Origin: Malacoraja senta
Lineage: Eukaryota
NCBI GenBank assembly: GCA_038087875.1
Contig: CM075988.1
Location: 2,170,001-2,234,000, forward strand
Length of the DNA stretch: 64,000 bases
Direction: 5' to 3'
Positions 60,406 through 64,000 of the stretch are shown here, piece after piece. Within the stretch, counting starts at the first letter, position 1. Each line of letters starts with the position of its first letter. The notes below the pieces were generated by a model that did no database searches, was not told where the DNA came from, and saw nothing but the letters and a program-made list of their open reading frames with translations. The position numbers and the translations under genes were made by a program.

Positions 60406-62153
60406 CCATGTGGTTGAAGTGCACATTTGACAGATTTTGATAAAGGTCATTTTTATACATTTTGGTTTCACCATGTAGAAATTACATAGTCCCCCCATTT
60501 CAGGACCTATTAGGAGCAGACGAGGGCATTCGATCCAATTTGAGATACCAGCTACCAAGACGGGTGTGTACAGGAATTCATTCTTCCCCTGCACAATTAA
60601 AGCATGGAATAATGTTCACCCTACCATAGTTACTCAACCAGACACAACTAAATTTAAGGCAGCTCTTCTCCAAGAATCTTTTTTTGCTTAAGTCCACCTT
60701 CCGCCACCTCCAGTTTAAATTCCATTTGGAATATTTTGGAGGACCAAGAACCAGGGCATCATAATGTCTGGGATACAGTAATGCCATGTAAATGAGAGTA
60801 GTCATGTTTAGTATTTTGTTGTATATCCTTTGCATGCAATAACTGCTTGAAGTCTGCGATTCATGGACATCACCAGTTGCTGGGTGTCTTCTCTGCCAGG
60901 CCTGTATTGCAGCCATCTTTAGCTTATGCTTGTTTTGGGAGCTAGTCCCCTTCAGTTTTCTCTTCAGCATATCTTCAGGCATGCTCAATTGGGTTCAGAT
61001 CGAGTGATTGACTTGGCCATTCAAGAATTGACCATTTTTTTACTTTGGAAAAACTCCTTTGTAGCTCGAGCAGTATGTTTGGGATGATGTGGAATGAACT
61101 GCTGGCCAATGTGTTTTTTTGAGGCATTTATTTGAACGAGCAGATAGGATGTGTCTATACACTTCAGAATTCATTATGCCACTACCATCAGCAATTGTTT
61201 CATCAATGAAGATAAGCGAGCCAGTACCTTCAGCAGCCATACATGCCCAGGCCATAACACCCCCACCACTGTTTTTTTTCAGATGAGGTGGTATGCTTTG
61301 GAGCTTGGCCAGTTCCTTCTCTCCTCCTTACTTTGCTCTTGTCATCACTCTGATATAAGTTAATCTTTGTCTCATCTGTCCACAAGACCTTTTTCCAGGA
61401 CTGTGGTTGCTCTTTTAAGTACTTCTTGAGAACTGTAATCTGGCCATCCTATTTTTGCAGCTAACCAGTGGTTTGCATCTTGCAGTATAGCCTCTGTATT
61501 TCTGTTCATGACAGTGATCATTGACAAATCCACACCTGACTCCTGAAGAGTGTTTCTGATCTGTCGGACAGGTGTTTGGGGATTTTTCTTTATTATAGAG
61601 AGAATTCTGTCATCGGCTGTGGAGGTCTTCTTTGGCCTGCCAGTCCCTTTGCAATTAGTAAGCTCACCAGTGCTCTCTTTCTTCTTAGTGATGTTCCAAA
61701 CGTTGGTTTTGGTAAGCCTATGGTTTGGCTGATGTCTCTAACAGTTTTATTCTTGGTTCTCAGTCACATAATAGTTTCTTTGACTTTTATTGGCACAACT
61801 GTGGTCCTCGTGTTGATAAACAGCAATAAAAGTTTCCCATGGTGAAAAAATGACTGGAAGAAAGACTAGATGCTGAGAGCTTTCTTATACCTGCATTAAG
61901 GAGGCAATTAAACACACCTGAGCAATTACAAACACCTGTGAAGCCATGTGTCCCAAACATTATGGTGCCTTGAAAATGGGGAGACTATGTATAAACACAG
62001 CTGTAATTTCTACATGGTGAAACCAAAATGTATAAAAATGACCTTTAATAAAATCTGACAATGTGCATTTTAACCACGTGATTTTTTTTCTATTACAAAT
62101 CTCAAATTGTGGAGTAAATAAATGGGTCTTTTTCCCAAACATGGAGGGCACTG
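60406..62153 (-). mobile_element. Tc1/mariner element with long IR/DR-type TIRs and decayed transposase
   Basis: Terminus CAGTGCCCTCC flanked by TA (62154-62155); long inverted repeat 60406-60505 vs 61965-62080; MAWACMAAEGTGSLIFID and WPSQSLDLNPIEH. Confidence 0.9.
60508..60752 (+). mobile_element. LINE 3' fragment (CR1 group) inserted in the Tc1 TIR
   Basis: SRRGHSIQFEIPATKTGVYRNSFFPCTIKAWNNV; the Tc1 TIR resumes at about 60753 (agggcatcataatgt). Confidence 0.75.
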
Positions 62154-63640
62154 TATAACTGGTGTAGAAGCTCAGTGTCAAATTAATGATGGGCTGTTTT
62201 TTTAATAGGACTGAATCTTGTTTGAGCTGTTTAAATATTCATGGCTGCGTGATGGGGGGAGGGGGGGGGGAATGATAGAGGATTTACATGCTTCCAGTTC
62301 AGAGTAGGCGTAGTGTGACTCAATGAAGGTTGCTTTAGACACTTGTTCCCACGCATCTCTTGATGTGTTAATTTGACATTTTCTACTGAGGAAAGCGAAC
62401 GTGAAAATTTTCATTGAGGTGATGCATTGCATCAAGACTACCTGGATAACACCTCTGAAAGCTTACAGATATTCTCGTCTGCAGGGGTAACTACAGCAAG
62501 TGTACTGGAATACCAGTACTAAAATACTGGAATACCAGCACTTTCAAGTTACCTTTGTAGTTGCACACAGTCCATCAAAAATGATGTACTTTCACTGTTC
62601 AGGGAAAATTCTGGAACCTTGTACCTAATAATAACACGGAAGTAACGTCACAGAAGTTACGGGTGTTCAAGAGGCACCTTGTCAATGGCAATTAGGGAAA
62701 AGCTGTCGATGCTACATTGACTGTAAGGTCTGGACTGTCTGAATAATTTAACAAAGGCTTTAGCTTGGTTACATTGATATCCTTGGTTCCCAGGTTAGAG
62801 GTACAGTTCAGGTGCTGCTTGGCTTAGCAAAATCAACACATATCAACAGTTGAGTTTGGGATTGAGGTTGTCGTCAAAATTACCTGGCGTGCACAGGGTG
62901 GATTTGTTCTGCACGCAAATGTCTTTAAAAAAAATGGGTCCTTTGCTTTTCACTTCGTATAACAAATCTTGCTCCAGCTTTAGTTGCAGCCTTTTTTTCC
63001 TCTGATTACTTGTTAATTCTGTTATTTTTAGCACAGACTGTTGAATTACAAGGTACTAAAGGTAATATTTCCGACGTTCTTATTTCATACCAAAAATTGA
63101 CGGTACAAGGCTCGGTTTAGGATTTCAAGCCCTGAGCCCTTAAGTGCCCTGCATAGATCAAAAAATATGTTGCGGGGAGTTAGCGGGAGGGGAAAAAGAG
63201 GGATCCAGGTAGGCAAGTGAAAATAATGCTTCAGTATATTTTGAAAGGTGATAATTTCTAAAACATTGCTGAGTGGTTTCTCCAATGTTTCATAAATGAC
63301 ATATTTTCTACATTGTTTGATACGAGAGATACAGATTGTTGGTCTGCACTAATGAAAATATGGAGTAGAATTTAGCCAAAGGTTTTGTAGAATATTTTAC
63401 AGCGCAGGAATAGAAGTTGCTGAGCAAGGTGAAACTAAGCAAAGTGATGTAAGTTGTATGAGTCTCAGAGGAGAATTCCAAAGGGAAGGGAAATGTAGAT
63501 ACAGCATAAATGACCTTAATCTATCAGAACAGAGGAAAAAACAAAACATTATTAAGATGGGGGGCTTGAGAAGATTCTGAAGATGGCATAGGGTAGGTTA
63601 TGGCAAGATTTGAAGTTGAGGATCAGAAGTTCAACCTCGC

Positions 63641-63925
63641 AGGACGGCACGTTGGCACAGTGGTAGAGTTGCTGCCTTACAGCGCCGGAGATCTGGTTTT
63701 GATCCTGACTACGGGTGCTGTCTGTATGAAGTTTATACGTTCTCCCTGTGACCTGCATGGGTTTTCTGTGGGAGCTCTAACTAGCATTCCAGTAAAATAC
63801 AATCCAAGTCTGTCAAATCTATCCTTGTAGCTAATACCCTTTAATGCAGGCAGCATTCCAGTAAACCTCTGCTGCTTCCTCTCCAAATCTTCCTCTGGGT
63901 GCTCCGGTTTCCTCCACACTCCAAG
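63641..63925 (+). mobile_element. HE1-like V-SINE interrupted by an inverted CR1 piece (about 63775-63890)
   Basis: Matches 23115-23270; resumes at ctctgggtgctccggtttcctccacactccaa. Confidence 0.8.
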
Positions 63926-64000
63926 CAAGCCAATACTACCACTGGGTTCTTTGTGAAGGAAGATTTGTACATTATAGGTTGTAGGCTGTACATTGTTGGC

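Noticed and set aside
62843..63285. Two short minus-strand ORFs as a host gene
   Set aside because: Non-ATG starts, under 70 aa, no recognisable domain.

Overview
Eukaryotic, transposon-dense vertebrate DNA. The repeat inventory points to a cartilaginous fish, probably a skate or ray (inference): HE1-type V-SINEs, CR1/HER1 LINEs, abundant Penelope-like elements (PLEs), Rex1/Babar, L2, L1/Tx1, RTE, Helitrons, hAT/P-like and Harbinger-like MITEs, and a Tc1 fossil. Most of the window is nested TE debris, and many insertions can be delimited by TSDs and TIRs. The only clear host-gene signal is a CpG island at about 38.5-40.7 kb that looks bidirectional. On the + strand it has CRE and GC boxes and a probable non-coding first exon with a 10-codon uORF. 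On the - strand it has an exon encoding a THAP12-like THAP zinc-finger N-terminus with GTG at the Met position; its intron is split by a PLE and its apparent second exon is occupied by a hAT end plus PLE sequence. Other notable items are a near-intact L2 with two frame lesions, three Helitrons, hammerhead-like motifs in the PLE termini, and a tRNA-less, apparently Rex1-dependent retroposon family. I found no prokaryotic system and no complete host CDS.
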